A DNA stretch of 64,000 nucleotides from NCBI RefSeq assembly GCF_018977255.1, contig NW_024704756.1:11594001-11658000 (forward strand), read 5' to 3'. The notes under the pieces are model-generated. The model was not told where the DNA came from. It searched no databases and worked only from the letters and a program-made list of their open reading frames with translations. The DNA comes from Callorhinchus milii. Its lineage: Eukaryota. A program made the translations under genes and the position numbers. Shown here one piece after another: positions 14,030-26,554 of this stretch; positions within the stretch are counted from its first letter, which is position 1; each line of letters begins with the position of its first letter.

Positions 14030-14523
14030 ACACAAACTTGTCTAGCTTTTTAGATACTAAACTTTGTAAAATGGAAACTATTGATTAACAAACTATACTG
14101 AAGTATGGGAAGAATAGAATGGGTGTGAAGGATACTTTTCCATACACTTTATTAATCAGTTTTAAAGCTCCAGTTGATTTGTTTCCTATATCATACCAAT
14201 CAACGGACAATAATATTCTGGAATGGACACAATGCACAATAACATCACAATGCACCTTTGTGTTTTTGATCAATATAATTTTAGGCTCACTTGTAATATG
14301 TATAAACATATAAAAGATGATAAAACTGAGAATACTTGATTCACATGAGTGACAGATTAAATGATGGGAATACAAACAGAAAATGGTGAAAATGCACATC
14401 AAACTATTCAGGATCTGAAAGCGAATAGAATAACATTCTGAAACATAACCTATCAAGTGTTAAACCTTCAAACTGCTGTGGGCTTCCAGTATTTTCTATT
14501 TTTATTTCAGATCTCCATCATTT

Positions 14524-14585
14524 GCGCTTTGGGACGTCCTCCCGACGTGAAAAGCGCTATATCAAATGCAAGGATTATTATTATT
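14524..14585 (+). mobile_element. Tail-only copy of the young tRNA-SINE
   Basis: Matches the last ~60 nt of the full copies including ggattattattatt; candidate TSD ATTTG at 14520-14524 and 14583-14587. Confidence 0.92.
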
Positions 14586-15804
14586 TGGGGATTTTTTTCG
14601 GTTTGTTTTTAGTAAACTAAATTAAAAGCTCTCCATCACATTTTGTTTTGTGTAATATGCTATTTTCTCAGTACTGGTTATTCTGCTCTATTCGTTAAGT
14701 TTATTGAATCTTTTGATGTGTGCATATAATGGGGAAATCCCATTATAAGTGCACATTGAAAGGTTCACTACACTTGTTGAACGGATCAGAATAACCTCCA
14801 ATAAAGTGAAAAGCAGTGTGATTTTATGCAAGTTGGCTTAGAGTTAGTATCATGCTAGGATGAAGGCCACACACTTCAAAAGATCGCTCAGCAGGGGCCA
14901 CTGTTTAGTTTCTCTTAACAGGAGATCCATAAGATGAATACTACGCTGGATTTTTGAATATCAGCAAAGATTTTTGAAACTTTATCAATAAATAAGTAGA
15001 AATGCAAAGAATTTCTGATTTGAAACACATTTGTCTTAACTTGCTTTCATTTTTCTTTAAAATCAGCTGCAAAGCCCCCTATTGAAATGAATGGAATGTG
15101 AATTTCAAAGTGCAAAAAGGCCACATTCTTTTGGTTATACCATTTCTAAACTGTTTAAGTACAACTTCAAATACTATGCTACATTTACATTTTGTGCCAA
15201 CAAGCATTTTGCATTCTTTTTCATGCAAGAATCATAGAAAATTGCTGAAATAAATTCTAATAAAAAAACTGTTTCTTCAATTCTATTCAATCTGATCACC
15301 TCAATAATTATACATACTGTATGTGGTTTATAATATCCTATACTTAGAACATACATTGAAATGTTATGTATTTCTTTCCTGAACAAAATAGTTTTTCTCT
15401 TTCTCTGAATTGGCATATAAAGCATTCATAAAAATAAGTTAACATTTCAGAATCAATTGATTTGGTTACCTCCATGCTAAATCTACTGAAGGGTAAATAC
15501 TACATCTTTTATGAAATTATGCTAACTTTAATTATATTATTAACCAGTCTTACTTATTGCATCAATATTTCATATCAGGGAGAAAATAAAATGCAGAAAT
15601 AAAAGTAGGGCAATAGAGTTAACACACTGAACATCCATTCTTAAGATGATCACTTTGTATTTCTCTCCAATATGATGCCACTCATGGATATTAAAGTTGT
15701 AAATGTGAATCCAATAACATCAGAAAAATGGCTAAAATTAACCAGTTTATTACATATAAAAAATAAACTGTCATCTGCAGTCACACATCGCTTTCATTTG
15801 TTTT

Positions 15805-16025
15805 ACTGCGTTCATTATACATTCCCTGTTCTCTGGAATTTAATTCTTCTGTCTCATCTTCTCTCCTACCCCCCTCACCTTTAAACTCCAGTGTAAGACC
15901 TATCTTCTTAACCATACTTTCGGTCACCTTTCTACCTCCAGCTCAGGAGTCGTGTCAGCTATGCTGAGCCTTTGAGATGTCCTTCCAATGTGAATGGCAC
16001 TAAGTAAATATAAATTGTTGTTGTT
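15805..16025 (+). mobile_element. Decayed L2 3' end
   Basis: ctctggaat (LWN), aagacctatcttcttaaccatactttcggtcac (KTYLLNHTFGH), stem-loop remnant and ttgttgttgtt tail. Confidence 0.7.
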
Positions 16026-18199
16026 CTTTTTCTACAGGAAACCTTGAAGTCTTCAGGCAGCCAGAGGGACGTGAAACTTTGAATCGTATTTTCTTGAAAC
16101 GTTTCTCACAAAATAAAAACACTGTAGAAAAAGTTTCAAAAACAAGAAAGTGAAATGGAATCACTGGCTATATCCAGTAAAACTGTTCAAATCTTCTCCT
16201 GCTAAAAAAACAAATACTTAAAATTTACTGCCAAGATATTAATCTCGAGTCACCATAAAAGATGAGTAATTTATTGGATAGTGTTCTGGGGTTATTATTG
16301 GCATAGGGTCAGTCTGCCTGTGGCATTGTGGACCTGACATTAAACCCCATATGTCATACATTGCTAAACAATCTGATATAACCATGGCCCTCATTGCTGA
16401 TGGGAGAGGGGGAAAGGTCACGTCAGTTTACATTGAAGGCACCGGCTTTCATTTATCCCCAGTTTATTGTTTTTGATCATCATTAAAACAAATTGCAATG
16501 TTGCAGGGTCTGTCATTGGAACTCCTGTAAATTAGAAAGACAAATTTGGCCGCAGCCCTGTTGCTGGTTTTCTCTCTGGAATAAAATACTAAGCCATAGG
16601 TGCAGTGGGCAATGTCAATCAGGTGCCATTGTCATAGCAACTCTCACAGTTGGTCCAATTGTGTCTTTGCACTAAACAGCTAATAGTATGACACAAGGCT
16701 TTTAATCCTTGATTTTCATTGATAGAAATCTACTACAGAAGCCAGGTCATTTTCAATGACAAACAATCCAGTGTTCAAATCTTGAGTGTTACATATAGTA
16801 CAGTAAATTTAATGATATGTATGTATGCTACAATATTATTATTAATAGTGGTATACTACAAGTCCAATTACCATGATATAGCCCATAAAATAATATTCAG
16901 GGTTCTCTTTTCTAAACACAAATTTCATACTTTTCGATGCCTCTACACCAAGAGGCATGGAAGCTGGCAGAAGATGTAGTGTATTATTCCAATGTGAAAC
17001 TAAGGACATTTATGGAACCACAAAGAATTTCCTCATTCACCTTCCACCAAATAAATAAATTGCTACTCTGAATGTGGAAGTTGCAAGCCCAGAATTTGCA
17101 CAAATCAAATTCCAATGCAAAAACACCATCAAAATTGTTTTAAATTTAAACAAAACCTGATTGATCCAGTTCAAAATGAAATTGAAGCAATTGTTATGAA
17201 GAAGAATTGGATTTTTGTCACTGAAGGACAAATAGTTGTAGTAGCTGATTTTACTCATAGATATGGAGCAAATAATTAAATATTACTGTTTGAGATATGG
17301 GTCTTCAGTATTCCAGTCAGCCATCCTTTTTTGTTAAACAAAATGGCAGACTGAGAAACTTTTTGTCATTTAGAAATTTTTATTTGTCGGATTCCTGCTG
17401 ACATTTGCAGCACCATTTTGGATGCTATTAAAATCTGGTTCTGCTAAACATTTCCAGCATATTCAGAGAGCATTCCTTAGCTCTGCAAACTGGAAAACTC
17501 ACAAGGGTCCTTTTAATGTAACTTGTTCAGCGGTGCTGGATATGTTTGTTAAATGTTATCCTTTGGTATGTTCTGCTCCAGTGAATCTCCATAGCACAAG
17601 AGTGGAATGCACTGCAAACAATGCACAGGGCCGCAGATAGCACAGCTTGGAGGGCAGAGGGTTTGATAACCACATTAAACCCCTACCAACATCTGTTTCA
17701 CCAAAAGAAAATGCTATCTGCTGGAATTAACCTTCTGAACCCGCACTCATTAACCTCACAGGCAAGAAAGTTAGACAACAAGAGGCTATTTGTTGGTTAG
17801 TAGTGCACAGGGATCCGCAGTGCAATATTTTACTTTGTACAGCGTGAGAAGGGGGTTACTCCTGCTTTATAAATTTTAAACACAGAATATATTTGTGTGG
17901 GAAACAAGAAGACAAAGACCATATACAAACATCCGTTTGTACCTTGACAATTCTCACTTCATTCATCATATTTAAAAGACAGCAGCACGCATACGGTTGT
18001 TTAAAGTTGTGGTAATGCTCCAAGAGGAGCAGTAACCATGATCCAAGTTATATTTCCCAGGGCATAATTAAAGTCGTCATTTCGGTGAATACATCTAAGA
18101 TGAACTTAGAAGCATGATCGTGAGGGAACAGCATTGTAGAAATGGTTAAAATGGACCACAATTCCGGCACAAGTATTGATTTTGGAGCTTGGCAGAAAA

Positions 18200-18335
18200 T
18201 TGCAATACTCAGTTTGCATATGCAAACGTATTATAAAAGACAAAGGTAATATTAATGGTTTGTGGATTTAATATGAATCCATAAGCAGTCGCTATGCCAG
18301 AAGAAGAAAATTGCAAAATGCGACTGAAATATGCA
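18200..18335. repeat. Imperfect ~135-bp palindrome (decayed MITE-like)
   Basis: Inner arms ttgtggatt / aatccataa; outer arms gcaatactcagtttgcatatgcaa versus reverse complement gcatatttcagtcgcattttgcaa. Confidence 0.5.
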
Positions 18336-18984
18336 GTACATAGAGGGTAAAACAAAGAAAGTTCTAGGAAAAAGTGTTCTTGGATACTGAGGTATTGGTA
18401 ATGGAAAAAAATCCTTCTCAGAAGAAATGTTTATTTAGGCAGGCTTCTCATCAAACACTGTGGGAAAGATTTAAAAGGAAATTCCAAGTATGGTCAATAT
18501 AATTAGGCAGGTCCACAGGGAGGCAGGATGGCTGTTCAAGTACATCCAAAATTTCCATATGAACTAATTAAACATTATCTAGCATGCATTGAAACTGATG
18601 GAACTGACATACCCAAACAGATAGCCTTTCACATAAAGGGTGTGATGACGACCTCCTTATTTATTATGTATAATGTCTGATTTGGTAATTATTGACTTCA
18701 AAAAGGAAAATGTAGTTGAGTTATTCAAAAGCTCACATAAACCATTAACATTAGTTGATATAAATAGAATAAGACAGAGTTAATCTACAGCAAATCTGTT
18801 TCACTGTTGGCTCCCTGGACTTTCCAGTGATACTTGAAAAGAACAGAATGCGGCTCTTTAGGTGAATGGTTACATTGGTTTGTGTCAATGAAGTTTGAGA
18901 AGGATGGATGACATGACTGTTAAAGAACATTCCTGAAGGAATGAGTTACTAATTACATGAAGCTCATTTTGACAGGTTGCCTGG

Positions 18985-19400
18985 ATTATTCAGCAAAAGG
19001 ATTGTGCCTAACTCATTTGATGATTTTTTTTGAGGAATTGAATAAGCTGGTGTGTTATTGGTAAATGATGTCTACCTTAATTTTAAAAAAGGCTTTGAAA
19101 AGGTCCCATACCAAGATCTCCTGGGCAAGATCCGGACACTGGAGGTGAGGGGCAGATGGTCGCTAGATGTACAGAGAGTTGGCTGAGCAACAGATGGTAG
19201 AGGTTGGTGATTAATGGAAATCAATCCCATCAGGAGGGTGGGGGTGGGGTGCTGTTTCCAGTAGAGTCCTGCATGATTACATTTTGGATTCCTTATACCA
19301 TTTATGATACACATCAATGACTGTTATAGGCATAAACAGCACTCTAATCATGTTCTCTGCTGATACTACAATTGGGGTGCCAAAGCAGAATGTAGAGAAA
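18985..19400 (+). mobile_element. Decayed CR1-clade LINE reverse transcriptase fragment
   Basis: Frameshifted pieces CLTHLMIFF, DVYLNFKKGFEKVPYQDLLGKIRTLEVRG, WLSNR..RLVING, IHIND, NSTLIMFSADTTIG correspond to CR1 RT motifs (DFxKAFDKVPH; FADDTKLG). Confidence 0.85.
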
Positions 19401-19407
19401 TTGTAAG

Positions 19408-19595
19408 TAATAATAATAATAATAATTTTTACACTTGGTATAGTGGCTTTCATGTTTGGAAGGATACCTCCAAGTGCTTCACGGGATATACTGTAAAGTG
19501 TAATGACTGTGTATTCTATAGGAGTATGCACACAGCAATGCACTACAAACAGCAATAATAAATTTTAACAGATTTGTTTTATTTAGGGATTATTG
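19408..19595 (-). mobile_element. Older Deu-domain SINE 3' fragment with (ATT)n tail
   Basis: (taa)n...aagtgcttcac...ctgtaaagtg...gcacacagcaatgcactacaaacagcaat is colinear with the young SINE 3' half. Confidence 0.75.
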
Positions 19596-19935
19596 GTAGC
19601 ATTCTCGCCTCTGAGTCAGAAAGTTGCAATTGGGGAGTTACGCCCATGTCAGGACTTTGTGAGTTCACAGGTTACCTTAGGCTGACACTCCAATGTTGTA
19701 CTGGAGGTGTGCTGCATTACCAGTGGTGCTGTCCTTTGGAATGACATATAAAGTTGAGTTTCCGTCTGCCTGGTCAGGTGGATGTTAAAGATCACATGGC
19801 ACTATTTGAAAAGAGAAAAATTTCTCCTGGTGTTCCAGCTAACAATCCCCCAGATAAAATTGAGCAGTCACCTCATAATTGTTTGTTGGGAAATTATAGT
19901 GTGCAAAGTTGTTCTGTTTGCCTATACTTTACGGT
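19596..19935 (+). mobile_element. Old Deu-domain SINE (SacSINE1/AmnSINE1-like), head and central domain
   Basis: ggtagcattctcgcctctgagtcagaa head, ggctgacactcc, gtgctgcatt, ccgtctgcctggtcaggtggatgttaaagatcacatggcactatttgaa, gtttgttgggaaatt: recalled Deu-domain motifs in the expected order. Confidence 0.8.
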
Positions 19936-22900
19936 AAAATCCTGTGAAATAATTACAGACCTTAAAATTGTATCTCATCATAGGAAGTCACAGCCTATAT
20001 TATTTCAGCTCGCAGCAAAACAACTTAAAATCAGCAATAAGAAAAACAGCTCTTAAAGTATCAATATAGTATGCTTCAGCAATACAAATCTATTTAAAAA
20101 AACGTCATACATCAGTTTAAACTACACACATGATTAATTCAGCCGTAATACAGAAGGAAGCTTTTGCTGCCCAGTAGTTTCCTTTTCAAAACTCTGCAAT
20201 ACATTTTGACTGACACAAGGGTATATTGAAAACAGAAGCCCTTTTTCAGTAGGAATATTTCCATTCAAGCCCTGCTCATTACACGGGTAATTAAGTGGGG
20301 TTGTTGGGTTCCTGTTTTTTTGCTGTCAACGAGTGAGTGAGTTTTGGAAGCTGGGAGTGACCCCTCCTCTCCCTATAACTGCCTCACCTGGAGCAGCTTT
20401 TTGAGGACACCTGCCACTCTTAATGAAGATCTATTGCATGATTTACATATCCTGATTTATATCTGCAACTTCGGGGCAGAAAAGAACTGTTCAGTCGAGT
20501 GAAAAGATGGATAGAATTACGTTATAAGTGCTGAACCAGTCCAGGCAGCTGCTCTGCCTGAAGTGGGACTTTGGCTGGAAACACTTCTACTATTCTCTTT
20601 AAAAAGTTTGTGTTTTGATTAAAGACAAAAGCTTGTATTTGGTGCCCTGTTAGTACAAGCAAGAATGGCCTTTGCAGTAGATGAACTGTTTGAATACTGC
20701 CACACACGAATTTGTGCTCTATTTACATGCTGCAAATTGATCAAAATAACGAAGCCTTTGTTGGCAATACAGTTTTCTGTCACTTATGAATCCATTTGCT
20801 GCGTATATTTCATCAAGCTACTCCAGTTTTGTTAAGCATTGCATTCACAGGAAAGCATTCTAATTTAAATCTGAAGTACTGTATTTGCTAAATGTGTAGA
20901 CAACAAAAATGGCAATACTTCCTCAAAGAAGCAGGTGAAAATGTTCACTAAAATTCTTGTCTTTTTTATTTTCCTTGATTTATATGGATAATTTCTCTTT
21001 AAAATAAATTATTCTTAAGCTACTCTTCTGTGAAGGAACCAGTACAATAAATAAAATAAATGAAACGTTAACTCTTAAAAATTCTTTCTGATGAAGGATC
21101 ACACAACAAATATAAATGTTTATTCCCTTATCTTTTGTACCTTGTATTAAGATATACTCTTATCCTTATTATTTATGGATCAAGGGTCAAATGTACCAAA
21201 ATAATTCAGTGTAAAGCACAGATAAGGTAAAGAATTTGTTCAACACCAAATTAATGCTGATATCCTTACATTGTAAATATTTTTTCATTGCAACATTTGG
21301 GAAATTGAGGCAGTGCTAATGCTTCTGAGCCAATGACCCTGCAATATTGAAGATAAAATCTAATGTTTCTTGCTATTCTCTTGGCCTCACTCTTTCCCTA
21401 GTACAGACCTATTGAAAGCTGATGGGAGAAAATAAATCAGTTTTTTTTTAGTGCAAAAGGAAGTACTGTGGTGCAACAATCATGTTGGAACACGCACTGT
21501 GCAGTAGAAAGCTTTGACAGGACTATATGCCACAGATCCCAATTGTAGCCACACAGTCAGGGTAAGCATTGAAAATAGATGAGGTACCTCACTGCAGGAA
21601 GGAGGAAAATTGGAGTTAGGATGCAATGAAAATGTAAATTTTCACTTTGTAGGTTTTAGCTCAATTGCTTCATTAATCTTTAGCTTTACGTAATTTATAT
21701 TCTGCGCTGTTCTGAGTTATTGTGGAGATAATTACATCCTCTAACATCATCTTCAATCAGCAAAAATTGTAAGATGTTTTGCATTGTAAGGCGTTTTACT
21801 CAACCAACAATAATAACCTTCGGAGAGGAGACTACATGTTCCCATGTACCTTAAATCTTATTTGCAATATGCTTACAAAACAATTGCTTAATTTTATAGT
21901 AATTATCGTAAAGTACTTTGAGACATTTTGATGTAATAAAATGCTCTATGAATTTAAGTTCTTTCTTATCCTCGAATCAACCCCAAGAATCTACTAGTAA
22001 AAAACGACAGTTCAAACGCATTGCACCACCATATTGGAAATGTTCCTTATAAAGGATATATGATATATAAAACAGTCATTAGTAGGCTACTCAGTTATCA
22101 ATCTCCATTTGAATTTTATGGAGATGCCATGGGGTTTTGTTTGTGATTCAATAACTGAATTTCCACCTGCACGTCAAGTATAGGCCAACATTTTTCAGCG
22201 GAGACCAATCGAAATGTTATCAAGACTGAGCAGCATTTTTACAATATGCAATGCAATTTCACATTGGACTGAACCACAAGCAAGAGGGGGGGGAAAAAAC
22301 AACACATGGAAATCAATATAAGAAGTTTCACCAAGTTGTCGAATGTACTTCACACGACTGCCAAGGGATAGGTGTGAGCATCAAATATGAAAGATTGCAA
22401 ACTGTAATCAATGAACATATTGAAATATTTGGCTTTGTTCCTTATTGTACCATGGACAGTATTCAGAGACCAATTGTCCCAATTTAGTTTTTTTTTAGTA
22501 ATTTCAGCAAAGCTTCACATATGTATTTAAGATATGCACTTCAGAAGCACATTATTTGGGTTTAAGAGTGATTCAGATAGGGTTCAACTTTGCTGTACAT
22601 TCCTTTGCAAAACACATTTTTCTATTATTCTAATATTAAATGACACGTAAGACTTTGCAAGAAATTAACTGATTTTGACAGTTTGTCTGGAATTTTCTTA
22701 AAGAGGAGAGATTGAGACCTGATCAACAATGACTCCTAATAGTACGTTGCTATGCAGGGGTATCGCTAATTAATTGCTGTTGACCAGCAATGCTAACAGC
22801 CCGCTGCAAGGGTTTGAGTTTGATTGTTAATCTATGGAGGAAGTCAGGTGAAATGATTGGGAATTCAATCCCGCTGGTGGGGGAATAACTATTGGCGTAA

Positions 22901-23756
22901 CAATGTCACTGGGTTAATTAGTTAATTAAACACATTAATAGGGTTGGGCGTTTCATTTTTTTGCTTTCCCTTCGACAATCTATTCAACAGCAGTCACAAC
23001 TATACATCGAATCATGATAGAAATATATGTGTTGGTGGAGGCTGGGACACAAAGACAGCTCAGCCACTGTTTCCCCAGAAGAGAGGATCAGCTCAGTCCA
23101 TTCTTGGTTAAATTATAATAATTCCTGTAATTAAATCAACTGTTCAATGTGTCTTTATTTGGCACCTTACTCACATGATTCAGCTAATATATTTCTCACC
23201 ATATCAGAAATTGGCAACGTGAACTCATATCCTTCTACTCTGTCACTTAAAAGTGTTTATTTATAAACCTTATGATCAGCTTTTCTTGAGGCAGGTGCGT
23301 GTTCTTGTCATGCCCCAAGACAAACATAAAACATTGAGCCCAGATCACCCATATCATCGCTCTATTAATGAATGGAAGATATTACGTGACCTCCTAGGAA
23401 AATGCTGGCTGTCAAAAGATGATGCACATGAATGTTTGAAGCAAGGCATTTTTCAATTCCTTTATAATAATCAGATATTCCTGGATCTGTGTACCAACAC
23501 AACTTACCAAAAGTAGGGAGTGTCTATTTACTATTTTGTGAGTGTCTTTAGTCTTAATTAGAGTATATGTAAAACAATACATTTTATTCATACACTGTTC
23601 CACATAGGAGAAAAGTTGGTCATTAAATGGGGAAAAGGTACCAATGTAACACTGTCACTTTCTTTTTAATTAGTAAAAAAAAGGCTTAGTTAAATAATTA
23701 ATTATCATGAATGGCCTAGTAAATGCTGCATACTGTATACAACAACTTACATTTAT

Positions 23757-23970
23757 ATAATAATAATAATAATCCTTGCATTTTGATATAGCGCTTTTCA
23801 TGTCGGGAGGATGTCCCAAAGCGCTTCTCAGAACACACTGTAAAGTGAATTGACTGTATATTTGTGGGCGAACGCGGCAGCCAATTGCGCACAGCAATGT
23901 CCCACAAACAGTCGTAGATTGAAAATGACCAATTTATTATTGTTTTTGGTTTTGGAGGGATTATTATTAT
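23757..23970 (-). mobile_element. 5'-truncated copy of the young tRNA-SINE
   Basis: Near-identical to the 3' ~210 nt of the full copies; TSD TTATATA at 23753-23759 and 23967-23973; inserted in an older tail (aacaacttacatttatata|gcg). Confidence 0.95.
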
Positions 23971-25288
23971 ATAGCGTCGATCACATTGGATTGGTTCCCC
24001 ATTGGAATAATTTAGAAATTGGAACAATATCTCCTATGTGTAGCCCTAGAAATTCTATAAATGAACCACTATCAATTGAAAAATGTGCCCCCAACTTTGC
24101 ACTCGTTTTTCTGCTTGTGATCACAGGGGATGGAAAGGAAGTTGAACCTTTGACCTCTATAGATTTTAAAGCATTCATTGTGGTAAATGATGCCTCTTCT
24201 TCCTCACCTGAAGATAATGGATAATTTTAGGATTTAGTTAAATCTTTCCCGTTCATTATACAGTATGTGAACAGGGTGGGCAGTGTTGGCCTCCCAGCAC
24301 AAGTCCCACAGTATAGTATTGCTTCAGATGCTCAATGTACAATACACTAAGTTTCCAACTTGTTTGTAGGAATTGCAAATGCTTCAGTTGTGGATATTTC
24401 AATGCAATTCTTCTATTTCTACAATGACTAGTGGTGACTTGGATAAAAATACAGCAATGAGTGACCGTTACAGTCTTAGGAAGCCTTCATACTCCATTAT
24501 TAACTACCAATAGACAGACATGCCAGTTTAATCCATTCACTTCGGAGCAAACTTTAGTATTACACGGCAAACTTTGATTTGATGTTTCATGGATAGATGT
24601 TGGCCTTTTGAAATCGAATTAAACCTGGAATGCAGTATAACGGTCAGAGTTACACAGTGGACAGTAACACAGAACTTGATGGTGTGCTACAAGTTGAGGT
24701 GATGCCGTGGGATTCAAAGGGTTAAGACTGAAAGCATCATTAATAACCACAACTGAGTCAAATCTTCTTTGCAGCTCTGAGAAGGATAATTGGCAATGAG
24801 GTAAGAGAATAAATTAAAATGGTTCTTTTTTATTCTTCCTTGCTGAGCTGTGTGACTCGGCTTGTTAACATGTTCTAGCTCATTGACTTCTTATGCAGCT
24901 TCTTAGAAGCCTTCTTTTTCTGCTTCTGAAAAAAGGAAGGAAGACTGAAAACAAACAAAACAATTAACAGGGACGTAATCTCTTCCTATGATAACAACGG
25001 AGGGGCTTACTGGTGAATGCTGCAGGACAGAATCAGGGCCAGAGTCTCATTAGCTGCTGTTGAGGAGTTTTTGCTTCAACTTTCCCAGGAAACCCTGCAG
25101 CCTTTAAGCACCGTCATCTAGTTTGACAGCTTTGCTTCCCCCAGCTCTCTTAGAACTGGGTAACCAAACCAACCTCTTAAACATTTGGTTGTTAGGAAGG
25201 AATGGACCAAACTTCAGTCACAACTGCTTTAAGCAAAAGAGTGAAATTTTGCATGCAAACTACAACCTCGGAACTGCTCAAGTTACTT

Positions 25289-25314
25289 ACACACATATAC
25301 ACACACACACACAC
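25289..25314. repeat. (CA)n microsatellite, interrupted
   Basis: acacacatatacacacacacacaca. Confidence 0.85.
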
Positions 25315-26002
25315 AACCACCAAAATCATTCTTGAATCTTAAGATATTCTGAAATCTGCTTCACATTTTAAACAGTTAAATGTTTAATTCATTCAAGGCT
25401 TAATCGCTTCTGCCATTCACTGAAGCTATTCACAATTCAATGGCTTCATTTAATTGTCCTGGAACTTCAGGCTTGGAAAGGAGATTATAGTGAAAAGAAA
25501 AAAAACAGAAGGACAGGCCAGGGTTTCATTGGCATCCAGAGCACTGTTTTCCTCCATCAGTTGTCAGAAGGAGAGGCCAGTGAGAAAGAGGAATTGTTTG
25601 CTTATGACCATTCCCTTGTTTGCTTTTCAGAAACGTTCTGTTTGTTTCTGGCCTGTACCTTTTGCTAATTAAATGTGCCAAGAGGTTTTAGCTAATTTCG
25701 CAATCATAATGTTTAGATTTTACAAAAACTTGCCATCTGCCAACAAATAACAGAAAACACTGAAAAAGTAACTTATTTAAATTATTTGAACACAATAGCC
25801 TTAAATGGTTGGTGCTGTATTTTTTTTCGAAGTTTTCTAGACTCCTCATTAAATACGAGTACTGTATTACTTTTAACTTTCAAACAATCTTTTAAATTGT
25901 ATATTTTGGAAAAAAGACTTAAATCCCAATTAGTTGATTTTCTTTCTATTTTACTTAATGAGTTTTTTTATTCAAAAGAATTATTCAAACTTCTTTGGCA
26001 AC

Positions 26003-26279
26003 CCAGCCTTTGGACGAGACGTTAAACCAAGGTCCCGTTTGCCTATTCAGGTAGATATTGAAAATCTCATGTTACTGTTTGAAAAATGAGGGGAGTTTCT
26101 CCTTTTGTCATGTTCAACAATCCTTAAGATAAAATTAGTTAGATACAGACACTTCATGACCACTTCTGGGGCATTGCTGCAAACAAATAGGGTGTTGCTT
26201 TACCTACAGATAGACATTTCACAGAAACTTTTTGAAGTGCTTTGATGTTATAAGCGATATATCAATTTCAAGGATTTTT
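26003..26279 (+). mobile_element. Old Deu-domain SINE fragment
   Basis: ctttggacgagacgttaaaccaaggtcccgtttgcctattcaggtagat...gttactgtttgaa...ggggcattgctgc...aagtgctttga...atatcaatttcaagga. Confidence 0.75.
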
Positions 26280-26316
26280 GTTTAAATCTTGCATCCCTGA
26301 TTATGAATTTTGAATA

Positions 26317-26554
26317 AACAACAACAACAAAATGACATTTGTATAGCGCCTTTCACTTTGGGAGGACGTCCCAAGGCGCTGGACAGTCAGAGTTTTGGAC
26401 CCGAGCTGGGGTTCGGGATTGGGGAGGGTGGAAGGTGGGGAGGGATGGAGGATGATCCAAGGCGTGGTTGAAGAGGAGGATCTTGAGATGGGCCTTGAAG
26501 AGGCAAGGGAAGTGGCGAGGCGGAGGGACTGCGAGATGGAGTTCCAAAGGGTGG
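26317..26554 (-). mobile_element. L2-clade LINE 3' end
   Basis: Minus strand TLWNSISQSLRLATSL / FKAHLKILLFNHAL, C-rich 3'UTR, stem-loop agcgccttgggacgtcctcccaaagtgaaaggcgct, (GTT)n tail. Confidence 0.9.
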
